Source: Longimicrobiales bacterium (GTDB taxonomy: Bacteria > Gemmatimonadota > Gemmatimonadetes > Longimicrobiales > Gaopeijiaceae). Taken from it: a DNA stretch of 64,000 nucleotides. The DNA lies in contig CBDFMQ010000001.1 of NCBI GenBank assembly GCA_965249725.1, positions 256,001 to 320,000 on the forward strand. Direction: 5' to 3'. The position numbers and the translations under genes were made by a program. The number at the start of each line of letters is the position of its first letter. Position 1 is the first letter of the stretch. The notes beneath the pieces are model-generated. The model saw nothing but the letters and a program-made list of their open reading frames with translations. It was not told the origin of the DNA and ran no database searches. This document shows positions 39,221-49,024 of the stretch, one piece after another.

Positions 39221-42200
39221 ATGGCAAATACCCTGCCTGCCCTCCCCCTCGTCGGACGGTCCGAGGAGCTCAGTTTTCTCGGGTCTGCCCTGGCCAACGC
39301 AGCTTCTGACGCCGGCGGAGCCGTCTTCCTGAGGGGAGCCACGGGCATCGGCAAGTCCCGCCTCGCGGTCGCCGCGACCGAAGAGGCGCACCGGCTCGGT
39401 TTCCTGACCGTGCGGGGGCAGGCGTACAGGGTCGAAACGGGCGTCCCGTACGGGTTGTGGTCCAACGCTTTCCTGCCGGTTGTCCGCGAGATGGACGCCT
39501 CGGCCCTCACGGTACTCACGCGGGGTGGGGAGGAGGAACTCGCACGGGTCGTGCCTGCCCTCGGCATCGGAGGTGATGAGTCCTCGGCATCGACGGCGGG
39601 AGAGTCGGGTGAGCTTCAAACGCGGATTCACTGGAACTTCACCGAGTTCCTGCGCCGCTTGGGGGAGAAGAGACCGGTGCTCGTCGTGCTCGACGACGTC
39701 CATTGGAGTGATCCCTCGGGTCTCGATCTGCTCCACTTCGCCACCCGTCATCTCGCCGACTCATCGGTTCTGGTGGTGTGCACGTACAACGTCGAGAGGA
39801 AGGCTGAGAACGCCGGCTTCGAGGCCATGGAGGGCGCTCTCGTGTCGGTACACAATGCCGCGGCCCTGGACGTCTCCCCCATTTCGGCTGAGGCGACAGG
39901 CGAGCTCGTCCGACGGGTCTTCGAGGTTGAGGCCGGGGTTTCGGATGGGCTGTCGACCCGCGTCCACGCTCGGACCGGAGGCAATCCTCACTTCATCGGC
40001 GAAATCCTGAATGCACTCGTGGATGCGGGGAGCCTCTATCAACGTGACGGTACCTGGTTGGGGTGGGAGGTCGATGGTGTGGAGCTGCCGGATTCCGTCA
40101 CGGGGGCGGTGACCGCTCGGATCGGTGAGCTGTCTACTGAGGCCACTCAGATCGCTCATGTGCTGGCGGTGGCGGGCTCGAGTGCGACCTATGCGCTGCT
40201 TCGCGAAGTCACGGGACTCGAGGAGGACCCGTTCCTGGCCGGCGTCGATGAACTCCGTGCCAAGCAGCTCGTGGAAGAGTCGGCGGAAGGGAGCACGATC
40301 GTCTATCGCTTCTCTCATCCGCTCGTGCAGGAGGTGCTCTATGGTGACCTCGGCCTCGCGCGCGCCCGGAGCCTCCACCGCGGGATCGGTGAGGCGCTGG
40401 AGCGGGGTGTGGGCGGTTCGGGCGACGACCGTACGCACCAACTGGCCTATCACTTCTCGCGCGCCGGTACACATGACACGCGGGTTCTCGAGTATCTGTC
40501 GGCGGCCGGGCGAGAGGCCCTGTCTCGGAGAGCGGATCGTGAGGCGGTGGCTTTCCTGGGGGACGCGCTGGCTCTGGTTGGCGGGGGAGACGGCGGCGAG
40601 CCGGACCAGGGGTTCGACGTGTTGTCACTTCAGGAGGATATGGCCCGGGCCCTCCAGCGCGCCGGAGACTATGGAGGTGCCGCGGAGCACTGGCAGGCCG
40701 CGTTGAGCTTGGCCCTCGAGAGCGGAGAGGACGCGAGGGCCGGACGTCTCTACGGGCGAATCGGCCAAGGCGCGTATTTCAGGGGCCAGTACGACGATGC
40801 TCTCGATGCGTACGAAACAGGCCTGGAGCGGGCGATCGCGTCAGGCGACCCCGTCGTCGAAGCTCACCTGCGGCTCCATAAGGGAAATGCGCTGCAGTCT
40901 GAGGGCAGAGCGAAGGAAGCCCAGGCCGAGATGGAGGCGGCTCTGGAGCTGGCGAGATCGGTGTCGGACCCCGGCCTCCTGGCTCGAGTGCATCGAGGGC
41001 TGATGATCCTCTACACCTGGCTGGGTGATCCCGAGAAAGTTCGCGAGCACGGCAGCGAGGCCATTCCGCTCTCGCAGGCTGCGGGTGACGCGCACGTTAC
41101 GTACTGGGTCTACTGGCAGCTTGCCGTGCTTGAGGGGTTCCTGGGCGACACCGAGACGATGGATGCGCACATCCACCGGTGCCAGGAGTTGGCCGAGGAA
41201 CTCCGGTCACCGGTGCTCGAGCTCTGGACGGCAGAGATCTTCATCGAGCACGCGGCGGCGGCGGGTCGTTGGGACACGGGGATCGCCCTGGGTGAACGAG
41301 CCGTCGCCAAGGCGAGGGTGCTCGGGCAGGACGCCCTATTACCTCGGCTGCTCGTGTTCCTCTCGCTGATCTACTTCGGCCGGGGAGAGATCGAGCGAGG
41401 CAAGGAGTGCGTGGATGAGGCCTGGAGGCTGTCGGGCGCAGAAGGCGGGGACACGCTTCGGGTGCACCTGGTGCTCCCCGCGCACATCGGCAAGGCGGCC
41501 TGTCACGTAGCCGAAGGCGAGTACGAGGAGGCGATCCGGGTCGGGGAGCAGGGCCTCTCCATTGCAGAGAACTCGGGGTTTGTCGTGTGGGCCGTCCACC
41601 GTCTCCTACCCCTGATCGCGGAGGCCTACCTCGAACTGGACGACGCGCCGGGTGCCGCCCACATCGAGCAGCGCTTGAATCGCTACGGAAAGCGCATGGG
41701 CAATCGCCTGGCAATGGCTTGGAGCAAGGCGTTCGAGGGCATCAAGGTGTGGCACGCAGGCGACGTTGCGGCGTCGACGGTTCTGCTGGCGGAGGCCGCA
41801 GACGAGCTGGAGGCCGTACCCATGGTGTTCGACGGCGCTCGTGTACGCCGGCAACTCGCCGGGCGACTGGCCGATCTTGGGGACCGAGACGGGGCCCTAC
41901 GTGAGCTTCGGCACGTGCACGGCGCCTTTCTGAAGATGAAGGCCGAGGGGGAGTTCCAGAAAACCAGGGACATGTTCCGAGAGTTGGACGTGCGCCCACC
42001 GAGCCGGTCGGCCGGTACAGGGGCCGGGGGCCTTACTCAGCGTGAGCTCGAGATTGCCCGGCTCGTGGCGATGGGCAGATCCGACAAGGCGGTCGCCAAG
42101 GAGCTGGAGATCGCCCGACGCACGGTCAGCACGCATCTCTCCAACATCTATCGGAAGCTGGAACTCGGCTCCAGGGGTGAGCTTGCCGCCTACGTCACCG

Positions 42201-42235
42201 AGCACAACCTCCTGGAGCGCGGGCAGGCGGGCTGA
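39221..42235 (+). CDS. Large ATP-binding LuxR-family regulator (AAA-TPR-LuxR HTH)
   Basis: LVGR, GATGIGKS, LDDVHW.D, TGGNP and C-terminal LTQRE...TV..HL.NIY.KL. Confidence 0.92.
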   Translation: MANTLPALPLVGRSEELSFLGSALANAASDAGGAVFLRGATGIGKSRLAVAATEEAHRLGFLTVRGQAYRVETGVPYGLWSNAFLPVVREMDASALTVLTRGGEEELARVVPALGIGGDESSASTAGESGELQTRIHWNFTEFLRRLGEKRPVLVVLDDVHWSDPSGLDLLHFATRHLADSSVLVVCTYNVERKAENAGFEAMEGALVSVHNAAALDVSPISAEATGELVRRVFEVEAGVSDGLSTRVHARTGGNPHFIGEILNALVDAGSLYQRDGTWLGWEVDGVELPDSVTGAVTARIGELSTEATQIAHVLAVAGSSATYALLREVTGLEEDPFLAGVDELRAKQLVEESAEGSTIVYRFSHPLVQEVLYGDLGLARARSLHRGIGEALERGVGGSGDDRTHQLAYHFSRAGTHDTRVLEYLSAAGREALSRRADREAVAFLGDALALVGGGDGGEPDQGFDVLSLQEDMARALQRAGDYGGAAEHWQAALSLALESGEDARAGRLYGRIGQGAYFRGQYDDALDAYETGLERAIASGDPVVEAHLRLHKGNALQSEGRAKEAQAEMEAALELARSVSDPGLLARVHRGLMILYTWLGDPEKVREHGSEAIPLSQAAGDAHVTYWVYWQLAVLEGFLGDTETMDAHIHRCQELAEELRSPVLELWTAEIFIEHAAAAGRWDTGIALGERAVAKARVLGQDALLPRLLVFLSLIYFGRGEIERGKECVDEAWRLSGAEGGDTLRVHLVLPAHIGKAACHVAEGEYEEAIRVGEQGLSIAENSGFVVWAVHRLLPLIAEAYLELDDAPGAAHIEQRLNRYGKRMGNRLAMAWSKAFEGIKVWHAGDVAASTVLLAEAADELEAVPMVFDGARVRRQLAGRLADLGDRDGALRELRHVHGAFLKMKAEGEFQKTRDMFRELDVRPPSRSAGTGAGGLTQRELEIARLVAMGRSDKAVAKELEIARRTVSTHLSNIYRKLELGSRGELAAYVTEHNLLERGQAG

Positions 42236-42287
42236 GCCGCCAAGGCGCGATCGCGGCCCCCACGCCTTTGGAAATTCACCCAGCGAA

Positions 42288-42316
42288 ACGCCCCGACCGA
42301 AGGCCGGTCGGGGCGT
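42288..42316. terminator. GC-rich hairpin between convergent genes
   Basis: ACGCCCCGACCG-AAGGC-CGGTCGGGGCGT perfect 12-bp stem. Confidence 0.7.
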
Positions 42317-42343
42317 CCATACTCCGTGGCCGCTTAGCGTGCC

Positions 42344-42784
42344 CTAGAGGTCCTCTTCCAGCGCCTGGACTCCGAGCTGGGTCTCCTCCAACCGTCGGGG
42401 CATCACCGTTTCCACTCTCTCCAGGAAGGCTGGAGACCTGACGATGGCGATGACCTGGCTCTGCGACAGCTCGACCTCGGCCGACCGGCCGCTATCACAC
42501 CGCACTTTCACGGTCGTGGGCGAGTAGATCCCGCCGGTCAGCCCGCTGACCAAGCCGTTCAGGAACGTCTGCTCGTCATGAATCGTCGCGTTGCCCGACG
42601 GACAGAGCTGACCGATGTCGAGGTCTTTCTCCCCGATGAGTCCCCCCAACCAGTGGTCCTGCCACTCCTCATGGACGACCGGACCGGCCGGCGCCCCTTG
42701 CCCGACCGTGAACGTGTGCTCGTAACAGCCTGTCGTGGCGATGACCAGCCCCAGCGCCGCCGCCACCCGTCCCATCTGGATCAT
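42344..42784 (-). CDS. Bor/Iss family lipoprotein with C-terminal extension
   Basis: Lipobox TTGC; W..GL, CP.G and QTFLNGL...LT.GIYSP.T..V.C. Confidence 0.75.
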   Translation of the reverse strand: MIQMGRVAAALGLVIATTGCYEHTFTVGQGAPAGPVVHEEWQDHWLGGLIGEKDLDIGQLCPSGNATIHDEQTFLNGLVSGLTGGIYSPTTVKVRCDSGRSAEVELSQSQVIAIVRSPAFLERVETVMPRRLEETQLGVQALEEDL

Positions 42785-43112
42785 TGATTTGCTCCCGAGA
42801 TTCGAGTCCCGACCTTGAACGGACCGTTGTCCGATTCTGTCATGAGATGGTGGTGCCGAAGGATGTCGGCGCTCCATCGAGTCACAACATAGGCAACCTA
42901 CGTGCCAAACAGTGCAAGCGCATAAAATGTTGTCAATAAGACGGTTAGCCGGATGGTACGATCAGGAGAAGTGGGCGAAAATGTCCTCTCAAGAGGACAA
43001 TCTTCAGAACCCGGCCCCGACGGAACTGGACGGCGGACCGGGCTCGGCGTCATCTTTGGGGCTTCCTTCGCAGACCTCGATTGCCCGAAACCGCCGTACA
43101 GGAGATACCGCC

Positions 43113-44729
43113 ATGCACCGGAGATCACCGGCTTCCGCCGCCCTTGCCTCACTGCTCCTCGTCACGCTCGTAGGGAGTGCGGCAGGCCAGCAGAGCTCCG
43201 ATCTCGAGATGCCGGAGAGCTTCAAGGAGCCCATGCCGCTTTTCGCGAAGGGCCTCGGGCCGTTCGCGCGGACCGTCACGACGGACTCTCCTGACGCTCA
43301 GGCGTTCTTCAACCAGGGCATCCAGTTGATGTATGCCTTCACGCCCGAGGACGCGGCGCGCTCGTTCCGCGAGGCGCAGCTCCGCGACCCCGACTGTGCG
43401 ATGTGTTATTGGGGAGAGGCGTGGGCGTGGGGGCCTTATATGAACGGTCCCATGGGTCCCGGATCGCTTCCTCGTGCGCAGGCCGCCATGAAGAAGGCGC
43501 AGGAGCACGCGCCCGACCACGCCAACGAGGTGGAGCGTGACCTGATCGAAGCCATGGCGATCCGGTACACGGGCCGAACGGACCGTACCCCGCAGATCCA
43601 GATCGATACGATCTACGCCGAGGCCATGGGGAAGGTCTTCGGCGACCACCCCAACGACCTGGACGTCGGGTTCTTCTACGGCGAGGGGTTCATGCTCTTG
43701 GAGCCTCGTAGGGGCACCTGGGACGGCGATCGGGCCGAGATCCAGCGCATTCACGCCATCCTGGAGGACGTCCTCGCTCAAGACATCACCCATCCCGGGG
43801 TGTGTCACCTCTACATCCACGCCACCGAGTCGACGACGAGGCCCGACAAGGCCGAAGCGTGTGCCGATCATCTGGGCAACTCCATCCCGGGCGCCAGCCA
43901 CATCAACCACATGCCGTCCCACACCTACAATCGTGTAGGCCGTTGGGACGAGGCCGTACGTGGCAACCTTCAGGCGTTCCACTCGGACCAGGCGGCGGCG
44001 TATGGCGAGGGCTTTGCCATCTATCCCTCGCACAACCTGCACATGCTCTTGTTCGCGGCCTCGATGGGCGGCCAGGGTGCGGTGGCCATTCAAGCCGGTG
44101 AGGACTACGCCGAAGCCACCGGTGGGGCGGAGTATTACGAGGTACTGACCAAGCTGCGTTTTGGTCGATTCGAGGAGATCCTCGAGATGGACAACGATGC
44201 GGACAACCCGATCTTCCGAGGGCTTACCGACTTCGGTTTCGGCTACGCCCATCTTCGCCAGGGTCACGTCGCGGTAGCGCGGGGGTACCTGGACGCGGTC
44301 CGGACGGTGGCTCGCGAAGAGGATGAGGCTGAGTTTCGCGGCCACACGGCGGAGGACCTACTAGGTGTGGTCGGCGGCATCCTCGAGGGTGAGATCCTGC
44401 TGGAAGAGGGTGATCTCGACATGGCCGTCCAGGCGCTGGAAAGGGCGGTGGAGATCGAGGACGGGCTCCGGTACGACGAGCCTGAACCCTTGAACTTCTC
44501 GGCGCGTCATTGGCTCGGAGCCGCGCTCCTCGAGGCCGGGCAGCCCGCCCGAGCCGAGGCCGTCTACCGAGGGGCCCTGGTCGATCATCCCCACAACGGG
44601 TGGTCGCTCTTCGGGCTGGAGCAGGCGCTTCGCGCTCAAGACCGCCCGGCGGAGGCCGATGAGGCTCTGGCGGCCTTCAAGATCGCGTGGGCCGATGCCG
44701 ACACTTGGATCCGGGCCTCTCGCTTTTAG
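43113..44729 (+). CDS. Secreted TPR-repeat protein
   Basis: AQAFFNQG, DPDCAMCYWG, HPG..HLYIH, HMPSH and HNGWSL; AGGAG RBS. Confidence 0.85.
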   Translation: MHRRSPASAALASLLLVTLVGSAAGQQSSDLEMPESFKEPMPLFAKGLGPFARTVTTDSPDAQAFFNQGIQLMYAFTPEDAARSFREAQLRDPDCAMCYWGEAWAWGPYMNGPMGPGSLPRAQAAMKKAQEHAPDHANEVERDLIEAMAIRYTGRTDRTPQIQIDTIYAEAMGKVFGDHPNDLDVGFFYGEGFMLLEPRRGTWDGDRAEIQRIHAILEDVLAQDITHPGVCHLYIHATESTTRPDKAEACADHLGNSIPGASHINHMPSHTYNRVGRWDEAVRGNLQAFHSDQAAAYGEGFAIYPSHNLHMLLFAASMGGQGAVAIQAGEDYAEATGGAEYYEVLTKLRFGRFEEILEMDNDADNPIFRGLTDFGFGYAHLRQGHVAVARGYLDAVRTVAREEDEAEFRGHTAEDLLGVVGGILEGEILLEEGDLDMAVQALERAVEIEDGLRYDEPEPLNFSARHWLGAALLEAGQPARAEAVYRGALVDHPHNGWSLFGLEQALRAQDRPAEADEALAAFKIAWADADTWIRASRF

Positions 44730-44748
44730 GGCCTCATAGGAGATAGTC

Positions 44749-45594
44749 GTGCGCGATCTCCTGATGTCGGTCATCAAGATCGCGGTATTCGCCTACCTGG
44801 GGTACGCGCTCGTCCTGTTCCTCCTCCAGCGACGGATGTTGTTCCCGGGCGGTGAAAGGGTCCCTGAGAGAGGTGCGTCGTCCGACCTGGGGCCCGGAGT
44901 CCATCGCGTGCGGTTGGAGTTGTACTCGGGGCTCGTCGAGGCCTGGTACATGGAGCCCGAAGAGACCGGGGCTCCCGGCCCGGCACTCGTCTTCGCGCAC
45001 GGCAATGCCGAGCTCATCGAGGACTGGACCGCTCTTGGAGAGCTGACACAGTTCGGCCTGGGCGTTCTGCTCGTCGAGTTCCCGGGTTACGGCCATTCGG
45101 AAGGCCAGCCGTCCCGAAGCGACATCGGTGAGGCCTTCAAGGCCGGGTACGACTGGCTCGTCGCGCGGCCCGAGGTCGATCCCGAGCGGGTCGTGGTCAT
45201 GGGGCGTTCTATCGGGGGTGGGGTCGCCACGGACCTGGCGGCGAGCCGGCCGACGCGGGCGCTGATCCTCCAGTCTACTTTCAGCTCGGTGTCCAGGATG
45301 GCGTGGGAGGCCTTCAAGGCGCCGGGGTTGCTTCTCCGTGATGCCTTCGACAACGAGAAGGTCCTTCGGTCCTTCGACGGCCCGGTGCTACTCATGCACG
45401 GGGTACATGACGACGTGATTCCTTTCACTCACGCGCGTGCGTTGGCCGCGGACCGACCCGATGCCGAATTGATCGAGTGGGACTGCGCTCACAACGACTG
45501 TCCCCCGGATTGGGACGCATTCATCTCGGATGTGACGAACTTCCTGGCCGATCACTCCGTGATCTCGGCCGGTGACGGGCCGAACGTGCCGTGA
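44749..45594 (+). CDS. Alpha/beta hydrolase (ABHD13-like)
   Basis: HGN, PGYG.SEG, GRSIGG, HG..DDVIP and HND. Confidence 0.9.
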   Translation: MRDLLMSVIKIAVFAYLGYALVLFLLQRRMLFPGGERVPERGASSDLGPGVHRVRLELYSGLVEAWYMEPEETGAPGPALVFAHGNAELIEDWTALGELTQFGLGVLLVEFPGYGHSEGQPSRSDIGEAFKAGYDWLVARPEVDPERVVVMGRSIGGGVATDLAASRPTRALILQSTFSSVSRMAWEAFKAPGLLLRDAFDNEKVLRSFDGPVLLMHGVHDDVIPFTHARALAADRPDAELIEWDCAHNDCPPDWDAFISDVTNFLADHSVISAGDGPNVP

Positions 45595-45765
45595 GTCGGG
45601 ATGGAGGGCGGGGTGAGGGGGGCACAAAGCGAGGCCGCCGATCGCTTCTCGCCAAGGGAAATTATCGACGGCCTCACCTAATGCACGCCCTGACAGCTGG
45701 CGTCTTAGTTGAATACGACAGGCAACCGATCTTGTTTCCGGTTGCGCGCGAGGACGGCCTCCACG

Positions 45766-46221
45766 ATGGGAGTTCCGGTCGCAGATCAGACGTGTTGCCG
45801 ACGTGGGGAAGTCACCACTTATGCCTTCGCTGGCCAGCCCGACGCCGTTTCGCTACAGCGTCTGGCCCAGGAGGGAGTCAAGACGGTCGTCAACATTCGG
45901 CGACCCTCTGAGTTGGAGGGTCTCGGCTTCGACGAACCTTCCGTAGTGGGGGAGACGGGGATGGCCTACCTGAACATCCCGGTGACACCGGCCACGCTCT
46001 CAACGGATGACGTGGACCAGCTCGCCGAGATTCTCGCGCGAGCGGAAGGTCCTGTGATGCTGCACTGCGGATCCTCGAACCGCGCCGGAGGCCTTTGGGC
46101 CACCTACCTAGTGCGGCATCGTGGGGTGGACCTCGAGGCCGCCATCGACATCGGCAAGGCCGCCGGCCTCCGGAGTGAATCGATGATTGCTGCCGTGCGC
46201 CGGGTCGCCGCTGATCCCTAG
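45766..46221 (+). CDS. DUF442/beta-lactamase-hydrolase-like phosphatase-fold sulfur transferase
   Basis: AGQP, G.KTVVN.R and HCGSSNR; start uncertain and N-terminus possibly damaged. Confidence 0.7.
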   Translation: MGVPVADQTCCRRGEVTTYAFAGQPDAVSLQRLAQEGVKTVVNIRRPSELEGLGFDEPSVVGETGMAYLNIPVTPATLSTDDVDQLAEILARAEGPVMLHCGSSNRAGGLWATYLVRHRGVDLEAAIDIGKAAGLRSESMIAAVRRVAADP

Positions 46222-46276
46222 GCTATGGCCGATCCCGAGGCTATGAAGGCCCTCATCCCCAGGCTTTGAAGGCCTT
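46213..46276 (+). repeat. Three degenerate tandem units ATCCC(T/G/C)AGGCT(A/T)TG
   Basis: Units start at 46213, 46231 and 46254; the first contains the gene's stop codon. Confidence 0.6.
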
Positions 46277-46372
46277 CAGGGGCGAAATCGCGTCTGTTCC
46301 CCTATTTTGTGGCCAGCCGGGGCGCCGCCTAACGTTCGCCCCATTCATCACGGAGCCAGCAGGGAGACATCT

Positions 46373-46807
46373 ATGAGTTCAGAGCCCGAGGTACCCGTCG
46401 ACCGGAGGGACAAAGACACCCCCGAGACCCTTCGTCTGCGAGGCATGTCGGCCATGCTGACCGTAGGGGACATCGACGCGAGTCTCGCGTGGTATCGCGA
46501 CGTGGTCGGATTTCATGTGCAGGAGCTTTGGGAGCACGAGGGCAAGGTAGGTGGTGCCGCGCTCGTGGCAGGCGCCACCAACATCTTCTTGGGACAGGAC
46601 GACTGGGCCAAGGGGCGCGATAGGGTGAAGGGCGAGGGCTTCCGGCTGATCCTGGAATCCACCGGGGACGTAGATGCCCTCGCGGCGGCGATCGAGGCAC
46701 GGGGAGGCACCCTGGATAGCCCCCCGGCGGACAACCCCTGGGGTCGTGCGTTCAGCCTCGTCGATCCCGACGGATTCAAGATGACGATCTCCACAAAGCC
46801 GGAGTAA
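46373..46807 (+). CDS. VOC/glyoxalase family protein
   Basis: V.DI..S..WY..V.GF and PWGR.F...DPDG. Confidence 0.88.
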   Translation: MSSEPEVPVDRRDKDTPETLRLRGMSAMLTVGDIDASLAWYRDVVGFHVQELWEHEGKVGGAALVAGATNIFLGQDDWAKGRDRVKGEGFRLILESTGDVDALAAAIEARGGTLDSPPADNPWGRAFSLVDPDGFKMTISTKPE

Positions 46808-46912
46808 CGGACGGGAGACCGTCTACCAGCGATATCAGACCGGGACTATCTTTGTGCGACGGTCCCACCGGGGTTCATTGACGTGAACTCCGGTGGGCCG
46901 TCTTCACGAAGA

Positions 46913-46953
46913 GGGGCCATAGCTCAGTTGGGAGAGCGCTGGCTTTGCAAGCC
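46913..46953 (+). tRNA. tRNA-Ala(TGC), 5' half only (truncated in the anticodon arm)
   Basis: GGGGCCATAGCTCAGTTGGGAGAGCGCTGGCTTTGCAAGCC; no T-arm (GTTCRA) or acceptor 3' strand follows. Confidence 0.85.
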
Positions 46954-47056
46954 CGCCGGACAGACGCCGATTTTCCCAATTCTCCAGTAAACATAAGGGA
47001 TTCGTTCACTAGTCCCGAGTACCGTTTTCAGCCCATACACGGGGTTAGAGTACGCC

Positions 47057-47250
47057 AACGTGCACACGAACGTGCACACTCTTCAGATGGGGGAGGGGCT
47101 TCGGCCTCTCCCCTCACGCGCGCGGCTTTTCCTCAGTGGTATGCGCACTCAAAACCCCCTTCTCCTGCCTATGGGGCAGGCGGTCGGTGCCTCGTTCGTC
47201 CTTTCGCTAGGCCAAGCCTCCCCCGCGTTGTGCACGTTGTTGTGCACGTT
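47057..47250. repeat. Inverted pair of tandem 10-mers (AACGTGCACA x2, period 12) enclosing hairpins
   Basis: Copies at 47057 and 47069 (+) and at 47229 and 47241 (-); a cUUCGg hairpin lies at 47090-47113. Confidence 0.8.
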
Positions 47251-47420
47251 CGGGCTTGGTAGAGGCCCTCTTTCCGTAGTCACCTCACAGCGTCGGCCAG
47301 CCTAAAGATTCTTCAACGACCGCGCCTGTTCTATTCTATACTTCCGCCCTCGCATTTCTTCGGGGTTTTGAATCTTCGTTGGACGCCAGGGTAGGTCCGC
47401 CTCGGACTCAATGAGGCGCA

Positions 47421-47458
47421 CGCGCTTCGCTTGTGATCAGCACATCACTCGCGCAGCA
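47421..47458 (+). repeat. attC remnant (right half)
   Basis: CGCGCTTCGCTTG-N15-TCGCGCAGCA, the same blocks and spacing as the attC at 48112. Confidence 0.6.
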
Positions 47459-47636
47459 CTAAAATTGGTCTGCTGCGCCGTACCAACAGGTTTTTGCTGC
47501 GCGGGTCTGAGCCTGAAGGCAAGGAAATCGCTCACCCATTGTTGCGCCACTGGGGAAGAGTGGCCGATGATGGGGGCGAAATCGTGCAGTACAATAGGAG
47601 TTAGGCTGATTCCCAGATTTCTTGGAGCGCCGAGGA

Positions 47637-48098
47637 ATGGACCGAAAGACCGTGATCGAGGTTGTCGGCGTCCTCGGCGTGATGGGCTCCCTATTGTTCG
47701 TCGGCGCGGAGGTCCGACAAAGCGCAGAGGCGACTCGCGCGGCCACCGTCCTCCAGCTCAAACAGAACTGGATCCAGCTGAACCTCACGTATCTCGAGGT
47801 GCCGGAACTGGCGGTTGCCTTCCCCAAGATGGACAGCGTCGGCTACGCCAACGTAGATGTACGATCTCGTTTCCTTGTCACGTCGTCGTACCGAGTGATT
47901 CTGCAGAACTGGTCAAACGCGTACTACCAGAAACGTATTGGCACGCTTGATGACGAGCAGTGGCTGCCGTTTCTGCGCGACATCGAGTACGAATCGCGTA
48001 GAGCAAAGCTCTGGGACATCTGGGACGGGCAGAAGTACGGGTTTGATGATCCATTCCGAAGCCTCATGGACAGTCTCAAGGCTGTGAATTTCGATTGA
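47637..48098 (+). CDS. Gene cassette 1: hypothetical protein with N-terminal TM (SLLFVG.EVRQ family)
   Basis: Preceded by GTTAGGC (47600) and followed by an attC. Confidence 0.8.
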   Translation: MDRKTVIEVVGVLGVMGSLLFVGAEVRQSAEATRAATVLQLKQNWIQLNLTYLEVPELAVAFPKMDSVGYANVDVRSRFLVTSSYRVILQNWSNAYYQKRIGTLDDEQWLPFLRDIEYESRRAKLWDIWDGQKYGFDDPFRSLMDSLKAVNFD

Positions 48099-48111
48099 GC
48101 CAGCAGAATCA

Positions 48112-48211
48112 GCCTAACAAGCGATTGCTGCAGTCGCGGTAGGCACCTGGCTCGCGCGCTTCGCTTGCGGTCGGCATCTTGGTCGCGCAGCAGAATCGCA
48201 ATCCGTTAGGC
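48112..48211 (+). mobile_element. Integron attC site
   Basis: R'' GCCTAAC and R' GTTAGGC; L boxes GCGATTGCTGC/GCAGCAGAATCGC with an extrahelical base; central GCTTCGC. Confidence 0.9.
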
Positions 48212-48288
48212 CGCGCATCGTCACGGGACGAACAGGTGTGAAACGGTCCATCCAGAAGTCGCAGGCAACACAGCCCAGGCGGGGCCAA

Positions 48289-48816
48289 ATGACTAACGAA
48301 TCCAAGCGGGAAATGGTCGCTGCCGTTGGTGTGATCGTGGGCCTGGTATTCGTCGGTCTCCAGGTCAGGCAGAGCAACGTCCAGGCTAAGGCAGCTGCGT
48401 ATCAGGCGATCGGTATCCAAACGTCTCAGTATTTCCTGAACAGAGACGCCCGCGTTAATCGACTGTATACGGAGGCGAACTACTCGGAGGCACTCAGCCG
48501 CTGGACGCTCGGTGACTGGGAAGTTTACTCAAGTGACATGCTCGCCGGGCTTCGGATGTTGGAGACCGTCCAACTTCAGGTTTCTCAAGGATTACTTGAT
48601 CCGGAGGCCATGGAGAGTCTTGGGTACTCCCTAGATGACCACCAAGCCCTTGCGACTCCGGGCTTTGTTTGTCTGTGGCCCACCATCCGCGGCGCGGTTG
48701 GATCGTCTCTCCGCGACTTGATCGAGGAGTCAGTTCAGGAGTACGGCATCGAGTGCCCGATCGACGTTCAATCGCTGCAGGACCAGGTCGCCGACTCGGC
48801 TACGGGGCGGCGATGA
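48289..48816 (+). CDS. Gene cassette 2: paralogue of cassette 1 (LVFVG.QVRQ family)
   Basis: Lies between two attC sites; same N-terminal TM-RQ motif. Confidence 0.8.
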   Translation: MTNESKREMVAAVGVIVGLVFVGLQVRQSNVQAKAAAYQAIGIQTSQYFLNRDARVNRLYTEANYSEALSRWTLGDWEVYSSDMLAGLRMLETVQLQVSQGLLDPEAMESLGYSLDDHQALATPGFVCLWPTIRGAVGSSLRDLIEESVQEYGIECPIDVQSLQDQVADSATGRR

Positions 48817-48904
48817 TGCAGGTGCCTTTCCCACATCGGTGAGGCCCCAAGGATCGGACGTGACGCCGATGCCCCGGAGGAAGTGTCAGGGGACCAACCG
48901 CGCG

Positions 48905-49005
48905 GTCTAACAAGCGATTGCTGCAATCGCGGTAAAAATCGGGCTCGCGCGCTTCGCTTGCGGTCACCACATTAGCTGCGCAGCAGAATCGTAAATCCGT
49001 TAGAG
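48905..49005 (+). mobile_element. Integron attC site
   Basis: GTCTAAC...GTTAGAG; closely similar to 48112-48211. Confidence 0.9.
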
Positions 49006-49024
49006 AGCCCTCCAGCTGAGGACG

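Noticed and set aside
46213..46276. Possible mini-CRISPR
   Set aside because: Units are adjacent and degenerate with no spacers and no cas genes; local slippage is more likely.
46327..46333. GCCTAAC as an attC R'' site (also GTCTAAC at ~58765)
   Set aside because: No L boxes or matching GTTRRRY partner, and not positioned at a cassette end.
46913..47300. Intron-containing or split tRNA-Ala
   Set aside because: The break is in the 3' anticodon stem rather than a canonical intron position, and no 3' exon is visible in the window.
47251..47600. Integron integrase remnant upstream of the first cassette
   Set aside because: I could not recognise IntI motifs on the minus strand.
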